DNA from: Podarcis filfolensis
Taxonomy: Eukaryota
NCBI GenBank assembly: GCA_964270895.1
Contig: OZ185436.1
Length of the DNA stretch: 64,000 bases
Strand: one strand, 5' to 3'
In this document: positions 46,899-58,549 of the stretch, one piece after another
Layout: each line of letters opens with the position of its first letter
Position numbering within the stretch: the first letter of the stretch is position 1
Notes under the pieces: generated by a model
Databases searched by the model: none
What the model was told of the DNA's origin: nothing
What the model saw: only the letters and a program-made list of their open reading frames with translations
Program-made: the position numbers and the translations under genes

Positions 46899-47229
46899 AT
46901 GAACCGGCCGGTGGACCAGGAGATGATCGAGCTGAAGAATTTGGGGCTGGAGAAGCAGCTCGACCTGACGCGGGGCCCGCGAGGCACGTCTGAACGCCCC
47001 GTCCGGCTGGAGCGGGCCAACGCCCTGAGGATTTCTCCGGGGAAAGTGCCCGAGATCTTGAGCCGCGTGCGCCAGATCCGACTCCTGGGCGGCCAGAGCG
47101 ACCCCAAGCTGACCGAGGAGCTGGGCGAGGGGCATGTCTTCAAGCCCTGCGCGCAAAGCCAGTCGACCTGGTGTGATCTGTGCGGGGAATTCATCTGGGG
47201 CGTGTACAAGAAGCGTCTGCAGTGCATCC
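46899..47229 (+). CDS. RASSF1: RASSF1A exon 1alpha (coding, 331 nt), N-terminal half of the C1 domain
   Basis: MNRPVDQEMIELKNL...RLERANALRISPG...GHVFKPCAQSQSTWCDLCGEFIWGVYKKRLQCI(H), donor C|GTGAGT. It matches the human RASSF1A motifs RLERANALRI and TWCDLCG. Confidence 0.95.
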
Positions 47230-47776
47230 GTGAGTACCGGCCTCCAGCCGCACGTGGCGGCATTTGCCAGGCTGCTTTGCATCCTCGCAGGAGGTTCTGG
47301 GAGAAGCAAGAGGGCAAGGTAGCGTTCGGTTCAGGGAGCATAGATTTGAAAAGAAATGGAAGAGAAATAGGAGTAATAAAAGTAAACTAAGTAGTCCAGG
47401 ATGATGTAGCCCTATCTGGCTTCCGTTACAGGTAGAAATTCAACTGGGATAGCTTCCCCATCACTTCTCTCACTGCTGAAAGAAGCTGTATACTGCTTGT
47501 CCTGCAGCTATTAAAAGTCAGAAGAGCTCTTTAATAAGAAAGGCGACAAGCCTATGGCACACAGAGAGAAAGGATAAGTAAAGGACGTATTTTGTATTGG
47601 CCCAAGGGCTGCTTGAGAACAATTTGCTTTGGAAAGTTTTTCAGTTTTGGAGGAATTGGGGTTTGGGGCTAAAGAAACATACATAATTATTCTGGTAGCT
47701 TGTTTGGATTTGGGTGAAAGTATGCACAGAGTTGCAGCTTTAAGCAAATGGTGGAGCTTAAAGTAGACTGAGGTCA

Positions 47777-47934
47777 CATCCACACCATGCATTTGAAGTA
47801 TATGGCTTCCCCAAATAAAACTGGGATCTATAGCTTCTTGAGGGTGTGGGGAATTGTAGCTCTGTGAAGGGTGAACTACAGTTCCCAATATTCTTTGGGG
47901 AAGCCATGTGCTTTAAATATATGGTTTGGATATG
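47777..47934. mobile_element. Palindromic MITE-like repeat
   Basis: About 55-bp inverted arms: atccacaccatgcatttgaagtatatggcttccccaaa / tttggggaagccatgtgctttaaatatatggtttggat. Confidence 0.75.
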
Positions 47935-48603
47935 ATCTTATAGACAGTGTTCTATGCCAGTGAATGTTCTCACATATTGTATTCCCATACCATTTGAGCA
48001 TGTGAAGTCCTATGCAGATTTACAGTGTGTTAACTGTGCATGCCATCATGAGTGATGGCTCTCTCAATGTCTGTTATACTGCAACAATACTTGCTTAACA
48101 GTAACTGAATGAATCAAAATCTGATTCAGTAATGCCAAGCAACATCCTCATTCTTTTCTACCATTTTGATTACCTGGATCATATTTTGATTTAGGAGTAG
48201 GTATGTGCAGACCGTAGGAGAAATTGGAGTCCCCTTCTCTTTCTTCATTTGTTACTGATTAACACAGGCCAGAACTACTTCTGTTTAAGAGCAACTCAGA
48301 ACATCCCAAATGAATGTTTGCTACAGTCTAATCAGCAGCCCACAATCATCATATTGTGGTGGTACCATCTAAGCTCCGGCTATATAAATTCTCACATGTA
48401 CTCTGAAGAGCAGGAGTAGTTTTTAAGACTCTCAGAATTCTTCTTTAAAAGGGCACAAGATGGACTAAAAAAAAGAGTAAGGGGGTGGGAATGATTAGAG
48501 GTCTCAGACACCAGCAGCTTGCATTTTCCCATGCATGAAAAGGGCTTCCACAATTCTTTCACTTGTTTCTGAAACATTGTTCTACATGGACTTGAACCTG
48601 GTT

Positions 48604-48606
<3 letters not shown>

Positions 48607-48646
<40 letters not shown>
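48607..48646. repeat. (GT)20 microsatellite
   Basis: Direct reading. Confidence 0.97.
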
Positions 48647-48648
<2 letters not shown>

Positions 48649-51116
48649 CACCATCATCTGATTATTTGCACCTAAACACAATAACTCCCACATTGAAAAT
48701 ATTGTTTGTATTGATGTGAGATGATCCACTGTGGATGTTTAACTATAAGCATTACCATGGGTGATAACGAACATAAATATGTGAATGAACATGCTGTCAC
48801 AGTAGTTACCAGTTGGGGGGCTGAAGAAGACCAAAGGGGTTACGGTCCCAAATTATGACTGTTAAGGATAACATCCAGCCAAGGAAAGCCATCAGATCTT
48901 GTGGCATAATTGAAACTATGAATTTAGAAACTTTTCCAATGGCCTAGGGCCTAGCCCTAGGCAATCAACAAGTAGTACCCTGGGGGATCTCCTTAAAGCT
49001 ATTGCATATTGTTTATCAGAGGACATGTAGGGAAACTAGGTTAACTGAATGAGGTTTGCTTGGGCCACAGATGACTCAGTATCTGTTTCTTCTTCCTCTC
49101 TGTCACTGAATCATTCCATGTTGAGAAAATGCATGTGGGAGTATGTGTATGTTCATGAAAGCAGGTGTGGCATGGCCATATCCAATATTCACTTAAATCC
49201 CCTATTTTTAAGCCCAGCAGTGAAGTCCTGTTTGGTTTGGTTGGGTTGGATTCTGAGAGAAGGCTACAGGGTGCTTGGGAGACCTTTGGTGTTCTTGTCA
49301 ATTACATGTGTATTCCATTCCTCTGCTGGCTTATAGTGCCAGAGTTGATTTATTGCTAAGCGGTGACTACTGATGCTCCATGTAAAAGGATGCTCCATGT
49401 GAAAAAGAAAACTGGGTCTTTGAAATCAGCTGGGTTCACCAGGTTCCTTTATTCCAATGGATTGGAATTTCTGCCAACCCCATTTTCCAAAAGGATAATT
49501 GTGTGAATTGTGTACCAAAGTTGCATGTGTGATAGCCAAGGAAAGCTCTGCTACACCTTTCACTGGGGCATGCACACAGATATTGTGTTTGTGTGTGTGC
49601 TTGCAGGATGCTGGACAACAGCTGTTTTATTTCTCTTGTTCTGATAGGCCAGGACCCAGATGATCCTGATTTGTGGCTGCTTATTTTAATGACAGCCTAT
49701 GTGAATATGTGAAAAACTCAGCCCTTCCTGCCCAAAGTTTGTGCATGTTTGTGGAGCATCAAGGGCTGGGAAGGCTGCCCCTGTTGAATCTCTACCTGAT
49801 AGGCTCGTTCCAGGGGTGGGGGGGGGAAAGATGGCATAGCTTCTGTCTTGTTAATCTATTGTACATAGTAAGTCTTCTGAGCAGGAACAGTATCATATGT
49901 GCAGTCTTCTTAGGACTTGGACTTGCTTCCAAACTTAGTCTGTACCAAGCACAAAGAATGGCTGAGAGTAATTTGATTGGCCTACCCTCAGTGTTCCCAC
50001 CCTTTCAGCAACTGTAGCTGAAAGGATGTGGCTGCTCTAAACTCAGTGGGTGTGATTTGCAAAGAGCTCCTTAACTGTGCCTCATAGCAGGCTTTGTATC
50101 CCTGAGCCTACCTTTGTCTGTATCTTTGTCTCTGGCTGCCATACACCCTGAGAACTTCATTTGTTTTACCCTGTTTGTTCCAGCCACTTTCTAAGATTGC
50201 TACCATGTCCTCTGCCTTGTGTCCTTACATTTGGTCTTCCCATAATTTACACTAATCCTGCAAGATTGCCTGTTGACTAACAGTTTTGTATAACGTCTAG
50301 CACACTGTTAATGCTGAATAATGTTTAGTTGACTTAGCAAGGGAAACTCCTGTAACAAACTTGTCACATCCTACAAAATGTCATATAAATTGGACCTAAA
50401 AACAGAATTGTTACACTCTGAGCGCTTAATTTTTTCTTGCACCTTTGCTAACCTTGATTGCTTTTGTTAAAAACAACAATTGAGTTGAGATGCAGAGGGC
50501 TAGAGACAAATTCATAGAAGAATAGTGATGGCATGGAATACTTTGGAGTACTACATCCTAATTGTATAAGGCAGTCCTTCAGTCAAGAGCAGTTCTGATT
50601 CTAGAATTCAGGTAGGATTAACAGTTTGGCATTAATTGCTCCCATATAAATTAGAACTCTCATGTTAGTGTTTCATTTTACGTCTAATCTGTTACTGATT
50701 ACAATTAAAGATATTTACAGTATTGAGAGAAATTATTCCAGAGTAATTAATCCAGAATAAAATTGTGCACCTTAATGAATGGGATACAAGTAGGATAATG
50801 GAAGTGCATTCTCCTAATGCCTGTAAAGCAGAGCAGATGTCACTAGAGGGTGTCAGAGTGTTTAAAAGTTCTTTTCCCTGGACAAATCAGAAATAAATCT
50901 AACAGTTTGCAGTGTGGAATTGGGCTTCACTGTCTTAAAATAATGAAATTGCTAACGGATTTATTCTGCTGAGGAGCTTCATTTTTTTAAAAAAAATTAT
51001 CTGAAAAATCATGGTGGCACCTCTTATACTTGCCTGTAAAAGGACTGCTTTCTGTTGCTCAGTACTTGCGCTGGTGCAAGACAATTGGCAACTGCTAGAA
51101 CCCTGAGATAGAATTA

Positions 51117-51547
51117 CCGTATTTTTCGTCCTATAGGGCGCACCGGCCCATAGGACGCACCTCGTTTTTTGGGGGAGAAATGAATAAAAAAAAATATTCC
51201 TGCCGCCCCAAGCCTTGCGCACACCTGCCCGAAGCACAGGGCGCCCTCCGGAGGGCGCCCCGTGCTTCTGGCTGCAGGCTGCCGTCCCAAGCCTCGTGGA
51301 GGGCTCCCCGTGCTTCGGGCTGCAGGCTGCTGCCCACAAGCCTTGTGAGCCCACGGGAACTCCTGCCGGGCTTGCAAGGCTTGCGGATAGCTTCCTGAAG
51401 CCTGGAGAACGAGAGGGGTCGGTGCGCACCGATGCCTCTCGCTCTCCAGGCTTCAGCGAAAGCCTGCATTTGCCCCATAGGACGCACACACATTTCCCCT
51501 TCATTTTTGGAGGGGGAAAAGTGCGTCCTATGGGGCGAAAAATACGG
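51117..51547. mobile_element. Tc1/mariner non-autonomous element, 431 bp
   Basis: TA TSD, ~27-bp TIR CCGTATTTTTCG(T/C)CC(T/C)ATAGG(G/A)CGCAC, internal GC-rich tandem repeats and a palindrome. Confidence 0.9.
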
Positions 51548-53758
51548 TACCATTTCTCTATGGTTTCGTGTTGTTCAGTATGATTCTTCTTTGTCCTCAG
51601 CCCTGCGATGTTTGTGGCTAGTGGCAGGCCCGCTGCTTGATGCTGATACTTTGGGTCAAGGCCCTAAAGTCTAAACTCATTAAATTATATTTGCCTTCTG
51701 GCCTAAGAGACTTGAAGACACAGACTGCTTTCACTTTTCATTATTTTCTTCACTATCTTAGAGGCAAAACATAACCACCATTTTATTTTCAGTGGGCAGA
51801 ATGTATAAAACCTAAGAGTTTACTGTTGTGCAGTAAGAATATGTGCTGCTATAAATTGTGGAAAATAAAGATGGGTTTTGCAAAATATGTAGGTGAGAAA
51901 GATATTCATTCACTAATCTTTATGATTTTTAGGTGGAGCCAGTTATTTTCCAGCTCTTGATCTCTGCCATTTTAGTGGTTCATCAAAGAATAAATCTGCC
52001 CAGTTACTGCTCCACAGATAAAAGCAGCATTAGATATACTGAAGTAGTTGAACAGGCATATGTATTCAACAGTTGACAGACAGAGTCAGTCTAAAAATGA
52101 GTGCATGATGGTTGGTTATGAACTCCAAAGTGATTTGCCTAAGTACAGTACTAAATTCCACAACTGCCATCACCCCTGGCCCTTAGTCATGCTTCCTAGA
52201 GCTCTTGGGGGTTGTAGTTCAGCAACTTCTGGAGCGCCAATAATTCCCCAGCCCTGCCCTATCACAGCAAATCCAGTTTGAAAAAGAATGGCTTTTTGCA
52301 GTTTGGAAAGTGATGGGATTGAAAAGTGTGGGGTGGGTTAATAATTAATGGGAAGATGTATAAACACCCACAAGCAGATCGGGATGAATGCTTGTTGTAC
52401 AGCTGCCCTGCAAACAAATCAGAATGAATGTTCAATAAAGACCAGATATACTAATCTGACCTCCATGTGAGCTTTGTGTAATAAGAAAATCAGGAAGATT
52501 GCTCAATAAACCAGTTGTCTGGACTGTAGAGATATTCTGCGTTTTTTCTAGAGAAATAATTGCATTTCTCCAGCAACTTGATTGTTTGAATGCTTGGAAA
52601 GCACAGTTCCTCTGTAACAAAAGGTTCTTGCTGCAGGAATGAAATTTGGATGGCGCTCAGCTGTTTAGTAAAAGCTGTGCTGTTTCTGCATGAAAACGAC
52701 ATCTGATAATTGTAGCAGACAAAAGGCTCCAATCTACACATAGCATAATGATTAATCAAGTCCTGCTTAAATTGCAGATACAGAAGGGTTTAGCATTTAC
52801 AATGCTGTATCTTATTACAACAGAGAGAAATCAGTTTTTTTTAAGTCCCCAGGCAGAGACTGGAAATATTTCTGAGGACATGCATTCTCGCAATAAATAT
52901 ATGAGCATGCTTTGTTTGATTGCCAGAAATTTCTGCCATATTTTTTCCTAGTCTGTTTCCATAGTGTTGCTGAACATGTATCTTCTCTGAAAAGTGTGTT
53001 GGTCTTTCCATGTTATAACTGAAGACATCTTGCAAATGTGTGTGCTGGCGTCTTTTTTACTTCCTTTTTTTTTTTTTAAGGTAGCATACTTTGAAAGCAT
53101 ATTTAAAACCCCTAATCCTTCTACGATTTTTTGCTTTTGTTGCCTGATGAGGCCACAAGAAAAAAGGGGGATTTGGAGAAGGCCATTTGTGTGGCTGTTC
53201 TGTTATCTTTCTGTTTTGCCCAGTACAAGGCCATCCAGATTGTCTGAGGCCTAGGGGAGCAGGGCATTCCCTATGCTGAGGGCGACATTGTGCCTCGACA
53301 CTATGTGAGTGGCATTAAGCATTCCTCTCACGTGAGCACATATCCTATGCAGCAGATTCAGTCCATCCAAGCAGAAAATAATCAGTGCAGGCTGCCTCTT
53401 AAAATGAGGCCTTTATCCTGGCAGGCGGCAGAGTGGCTGCCAGGGAAAGGTGATGCCTTGGGACAGAGGCTCTTTCATGCCTCTTCCTTTGAAGAGAGTG
53501 GGGAGGGGAGGGGTAATTTTCTGGTCTGTCTTTCTGCCAAGAGGCTACAATGGCTATGCATTAAAGCAATGCCCTGGAGATAAGAGGCCAGCATTGCGTA
53601 TTAAGCGCAAAAGACAGAGAAGTTTAAAATGAAGATTCTAGAGATAGTAAAAACGAAGTGTTGACCATGATTCTGGTGTGATCAGGCAAAGGTTAGATAA
53701 GCTTTCCTTTTGTAGGGTGAGGGGAGAAGAAAGGCAAGAAAGAAGTCTGCCTTAAATA

Positions 53759-54213
53759 CAGTGGTACCTCGGTTTTCGAGCGTCTCGGAAGCCAAACATT
53801 TCAGTTTTTGAACACGCCTCAGAAATCGAACAGCTTCTGCTGAGTTTTTTTTTTCCAATTTTCTCCATTGACTTTGCAGACCACTCTTTGCTCTTCGGTT
53901 GTCAAATGTTTCGGAAATCGAACGGTCTTCCAGAACGGATTACTTTTGGCATATGAAGTACAGTGGTACCTCGGGTTAAGAACTTAATTCGTTCTGGAGG
54001 TCTGTTCTTAACCTGAAACCATTCTTAACCTGAGGTACCACTTTAGCTAATGGGGCCTCCCGCTGCTGCTGCGCTGCTGCCACTGCATGATTTCTGTTCT
54101 CATCCTGAAGCAAAGTTCTTAACCTGAGGTACTATTTCTGGGTTAGCGGAGTCTGTAACCTGAAACGTCTGTAACCTGAAGCACCTGTAACCTGAGGTGC
54201 CACTGTACCACTG
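53759..54213. mobile_element. Tc1/mariner MITE 1 (interrupted in its right TIR)
   Basis: TA|CAGTGGTACCTCGG ... TGAAGTA[insert]TACCACTG|TA. Confidence 0.8.
53961..54205. mobile_element. Tc1/mariner MITE 2 (same family as 19266, opposite orientation)
   Basis: TA|CAGTGGTACCTCGGGTTAAG ... TAACCTGAGGTGCCACTG|TA. Confidence 0.92.
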
Positions 54214-54215
54214 TA

Positions 54216-54467
54216 CAGTGGTACCTCTGGTTGCAAACAGGATCCGTTCCTGAGGCCCGTTCGCAACATGAGCAGAACGCAACCTGTGTCTGCACATGTG
54301 CGGGTTGCAATTCACCACTTCTGTGCATGTGTGTGACGTCATTTTGTGCGTCTGTGCATGTGCGAGCGGTGAAACCCAGAAGTAACCCTTTCTGGTACTT
54401 CCAGGTCGCTGCGGGGCGCAACCTAAAAACACTCAGCCTGAAGCAAACGTAACATGAGGTATGACTG
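54216..54467. mobile_element. Tc1/mariner MITE 3
   Basis: TA|CAGTGGTACCTCTGGTTGC ... CGTAACATGAGGTATGACTG|TA. Confidence 0.88.
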
Positions 54468-54790
54468 TACTAGCCTATCTCACAATATATTTCAGTGCTT
54501 ATAGAGTAAGCCTTTTCCTGAGAATTAGGAAAAAGGAGGTCCTGAGCAGTTTGAAACCTAATTGACATATTGCTACTGAGATTTGAGTACCATCTCCTCC
54601 CACCCCTTCCTGCTTAATAATACCTGCAAAAGTTGTGTGATGTGCAGCAATAGCCTATTTGCTCTCCCCCACACACTGGAGATCTGACATGTGGTGCGTT
54701 TCCTTGTGCAGACTAAACCTGTGGGTTCCTTTTCTTCCTGAGCTTTGTCCCCCCTTGCCTTATGGATTGTCTTCTTTTTATTTTCCTTAG

Positions 54791-54915
54791 ACTGTAAGTT
54801 CATCTGTCATTACCGATGCCGCACCCTTATCCGGCTTGACTGCAGTGGCCCCAGATATGAAGACAGTGAACAGAATGAAGGCAATGAGCAGACAGTGGAA
54901 AAAGACACCAACGTG
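54791..54915 (+). CDS. RASSF1: RASSF1 exon 2alpha-beta (125 nt), completes the C1 domain
   Basis: ttccttag|(H)CKFICHYRCRTLIRLDCSGPRYEDSEQNEGNEQTVEKDTNV|gtaag. 331+125 = 456 nt keeps the frame. Confidence 0.96.
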
Positions 54916-54942
54916 GTAAGAAAATAGCTGTGAGTCATATAC

Positions 54943-55533
54943 TAGGGTTGCCATATGTCCGGAATTTCCAGGACACGCCTGGGATTTCAAGGGTGAGATC
55001 ACTGTCCAGGAGGATTTTTTAATTTTAAAAAAAGTCTGGAGTTGTGTTTTTTGTTTTTGGTGCGCCGAGGGCACTGGCTGAGCAGCTGTGCTGTCACGAA
55101 AGGAAGGGATAGCCATGGCGCTGTTACTTCTGGCGGCCATGTGTACGACTCTCCTCAGCGGCCTCCAGGCTGGAGCCCCTGCAGGCCCCGCGGCCACTGA
55201 AGCACCTGGCCTGCACCACTTCTCCAGAGGCAGTGGAGGCCAGCCACAGCCTGTGGAAGGCTGGCCTGTACTGCTTTTCCAGAGGTGGCAAAGGCCAACC
55301 GCAGCCTGAGGAAGGCCGGCCTGGCATTCCAGCAGGAGTGCCCAGGTGAAAAGAGAGCAGGAGGCCAAAGACAGCGAAGGTACAAGAGGGGATGGAAGGA
55401 GGGGGCGAGGAGGGGGGCAAAGGAGGGGTCAGCGGCGGGGAGGGGGTGAGCGATGGAGATGCAGAGTGGTGGTGGGGTCCTCCGAATGTGGTGGGGGATC
55501 CGGATTTTTGGTCTTTGGAATATGGCAACCCTA
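54943..55533. mobile_element. hAT-type non-autonomous element, 591 bp
   Basis: Perfect 13-bp TIR TAGGGTTGCCATA / TATGGCAACCCTA. Flanks TCATATAC / TCATACAT (5/8). Internal ~48-bp tandem repeat and G-tracts. Confidence 0.82.
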
Positions 55534-55718
55534 TCATACATGGGGCTGTAATAATGCAAAGAGCTTCTTTGCACTGAAGAAAATACATCTGGAATAGCCG
55601 GAAACACTCCTTTACAATAACTTGAATGCTCACGCAAATTGTGCCAGCCCAACCATTAGGCATTATGAGGTGACTGTCATAGGCAGCTGATATGGGGTGT
55701 CATGAAAGAGCAGCAAAC

Positions 55719-55758
55719 ATGTATGTATGTATGTATGTATGTATGTATGTATGTATGT
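55719..55758. repeat. (ATGT)10 microsatellite
   Basis: Direct reading. Confidence 0.97.
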
Positions 55759-55960
55759 TGGAGAGATGGAGAAGTTCAAGAATAACTTGGCTGGCCTTGG
55801 TACTATGAACCATGTGGGGGTAGGGGAGACACTATTTGCTGACTTGGCAAGGTGGTTTTTATGTTCATTTGTAACTTTTGTACCAAATTAACACACTAGA
55901 TGTCATTTTGAGGCTGGAATAGCCAGAACTACTGTACAAACTATACTTCCTTTCTTTTTA

Positions 55961-56325
55961 TAGTGGGTGAGGAACTTTTTTTGGCTCAAGGGCTGCATTC
56001 CCTCCTGTGCAGCTTCCCAGGGGCTGTGCACCGCTGGTGGACAGGGCTTAGCAGCAAGAAGTAGGTAGGGCAAGAAATGTGACTTATCCATTGTACAGTA
56101 GGTTACATTCCAGCCATGCAAAATTCAGGCACAGGTACACCCCTCTCCATCCAGACAAGCAAGATGCATTATCACACTGCAAGGACACATTCCAGCCTAG
56201 CAAAAGCACTCAAAAAGGATGCAGAGCAGTGCCAGTGAAGGGCGTGGCCTGTGGAGGGTATGTGGCCAAGTGAGATTTCCAAGGGTCCTGTATTTGGCCC
56301 CTGGGCCTGAAGTTCCCCACCTGTG
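55961..56325. mobile_element. Degraded hAT (Charlie-like) MITE
   Basis: Ends TAGTGGGTGAGGAAC / GTTCCCCACCTGTG, with subterminal GGCCCCTGGGCC. TSD is degenerate. Confidence 0.65.
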
Positions 56326-57216
56326 TTCTATAATACCTTTTGTTCTTGGGACTCATAGATTTGCCAGACTTGGTGCCATATTTGTCTGGTGCTCCCCAAA
56401 ATGTATATAGGAATATGTCTGAAAGGATAGTGTTTGCAGACAAGCTTATTAAAATCAGGTGTACTTTTTGATGGTTTTCAATTGGTAAGTAAACATGTTG
56501 CAGATTACCCTTCAGATTGCATCTGCCTGTAATGAGGCAAGAAGAGACACACACAGAGTGGATTTTTGATGCAATATACAAGTGTGAAAATCCTAAGATG
56601 TTCAGGAGCTCCCTACACTCACTCCTGTTCCTTCACATGGCTAGGTTTTCTCTTATCTTCACTCATATTTAGCATTGCATTAGGCATATTATAAATTATG
56701 GAGGGTTTATCCCTGGCTGGCTTATCTGCTTAAGAGAATTTTGCTGCTGCCATATGTGGGAAGCCTCTGGTACCTCTCGATAAATGCAGCAATCAGCTTG
56801 CATTTTCAAAACAAGACAAGATTTAGCAGAAGAAAGGAGGGGTCCACAGATTTCATCATGGTTCTGACAGATCCAATTCCATCCTGTTATTGGCAGAGCT
56901 GCTTGCTGCAGCTGGGGCTAGATGCTGCTATCATGTCCCAGGGGCAGGGAGGGCTGAAAGGGCAAGTACTTAGAGATGCAAGGCCATCAGCCCAGCTGGC
57001 ATTGCTCGTTGCCAATTAACATTTTGCCACGTGCTGGACTAAACACTTCTGCCATGGAACTACATTGCTTAGCAACAGCTTTTGCAAGCTATTCCCAGGA
57101 CAGACAGAAACAGACAGACATGCACGTACAAGGGAATTGGGTGGGGGAGGAATCCCTGATTTTTGGCTCAAAGTGTCATCTCCTCAGTGTTCTTCCATCT
57201 CGTTGACCTCTTAATA

Positions 57217-57430
57217 CAAACATAGAGTTGGAAAGGACCTTGAGATTCATCTAGTCAACTCCTTGCAATGCATGAATCTCAACTAAAGCATCCATGACAG
57301 ATGGCAATCCAGCCTCTGCTTAATAACCTCCAATGAAGGAGAATCCACCATCTTCCACTGTTGAACAGCTCTTACCATCAGAAAGTTCTCCCTGATGTTT
57401 AGTCAGAATCTTCTTTCTTGTAATTTGGTA
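57217..57430 (-). mobile_element. CR1 LINE 3' fragment
   Basis: catagagttggaaaggaccttgagattcatctagtcaactcc...ccaatgaaggagaatccacc. Confidence 0.82.
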
Positions 57431-57919
57431 AAGGTGTCTTAACATATATTGTTATGAGATTTCCCTCCCTCACTTATCTGTTATAGCCAGAAATGCCTGG
57501 AGGTGTGCTATTCATGCTATCTGTTTAGGTCTAGAGCAGCAAAGGGGTGGTGAGAGATTACCACTTACAGAACTAAACACTTTAAGCAACAAAGATTAAA
57601 GACTAGATTAACTCGTGTACTAAATGTTATGAGGCAGTGCCCCATCAACCTGAGAGCTCTTCCATAGTGAAAATGATCTGAGAAAGTTCCTAGGTGGAGG
57701 CCATAGGCTTGTACTTTGTTTTTTAGAATTCTGCTAAACTCAGTACATAACAGATATGTTCTCTACATGTGACTGTAGTGATGTTTGCACACGTGGCTCT
57801 GGGAAATTTAGAATATTTCTAATCTGGCTAGTATAAGGAACATGTGATTGAATTTCTGCCTTTCTCTGTGTCTTGAGGTGGAGAATCTGTGGCCCTCCAG
57901 ATATTGTTGTACCTGTCAT

Positions 57920-58200
57920 AAATCCTTGAAGGAATACCTTTCTTTAGATAATCCAACGTGCAGTTTACAATCAGAGGAGAGGTCATTCTCATATGCTGTG
58001 AAGGTAGCATGGAAGTCCAATGTCAGAGAGGACTTTCTCTGTAAAGCACCCTATCTCTGGGACTCCCTGCTGGGGGAGATCAGACAGTCCTCTTCCCTGG
58101 CCATTTTCCAGTGGAATTTGAAGACCTTTTTATTTGCCCATGCCTTTGAAATAAGATAGGTAGTCACTGTAGTCTTTATAATTGTCGTTTTAGTTCTAGT
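57920..58200 (+). mobile_element. L2 LINE 3' fragment
   Basis: ORF KAPYLWDSLLGEIRQSSSLAIFQWNLKTFLFAHAF matches the L2 RT C-terminus. Confidence 0.82.
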
Positions 58201-58549
58201 CCTGTCTAGAACTAATAGGAACACTTCACTCCAAAGTCTTTGTGACAGTCATCTCTTACTGTGGCAAATTTCTGTACCCACAAGGCAGAAATCCAGTAAG
58301 TTTTATTCTTCCAAGTCTAGAGATCTGTGTGAGGCTTACATGCAGAATTTCTGGCAGCTGCACATCCCTGCCCCTGCGCCCCGCCCCCCAGAAAAGTGGA
58401 GCAACGCAACCAAACGGGAAACTGCGTTTTTGCCTTTTAAATGAACCACCCAATTATTAAAATGTTTCTGCGAGACCTACGTCCGAGTAGGTTTACAAAT
58501 ACAGCCGACCAAACCTGCCTATCCTAAACAATATATACAGTATACTTGG

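Larger units (their letters stand above)
45350..47300 (+). promoter_or_regulatory. RASSF1: RASSF1A CpG island / promoter (interrupted by a hAT MITE)
   Basis: CpG-dense blocks at 45350-45720 and 46060-47300. Palindromic CRE TGACGTCA 45462-45469. GC boxes near 46594 and 46683. Confidence 0.8.

Noticed and set aside
46881-47341. Two minus-strand ORFs (142 and 151 aa) over RASSF1A exon 1alpha
   Set aside because: Shadow ORFs of a GC-rich coding exon, with no recognisable domain.
49372-49406. 17-bp tandem duplication GATGCTCCATGT(A/G)AAAA
   Set aside because: Ordinary local slippage duplication with no further structure.
50935-51583. Several 80-190 aa ORFs on both strands
   Set aside because: They run through the GC-rich tandem repeats of the mariner MITE and have no transposase motifs.
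54787-55663. ORFs of 165-193 aa on the minus strand
   Set aside because: They arise from the GC-rich, low-complexity interior of the hAT element.
58475-58492. Small inverted repeat ACCTAC-GTCCGA-GTAGGT giving donor-like sites on both strands
   Set aside because: A 6-bp stem is expected by chance and there is no partner acceptor.
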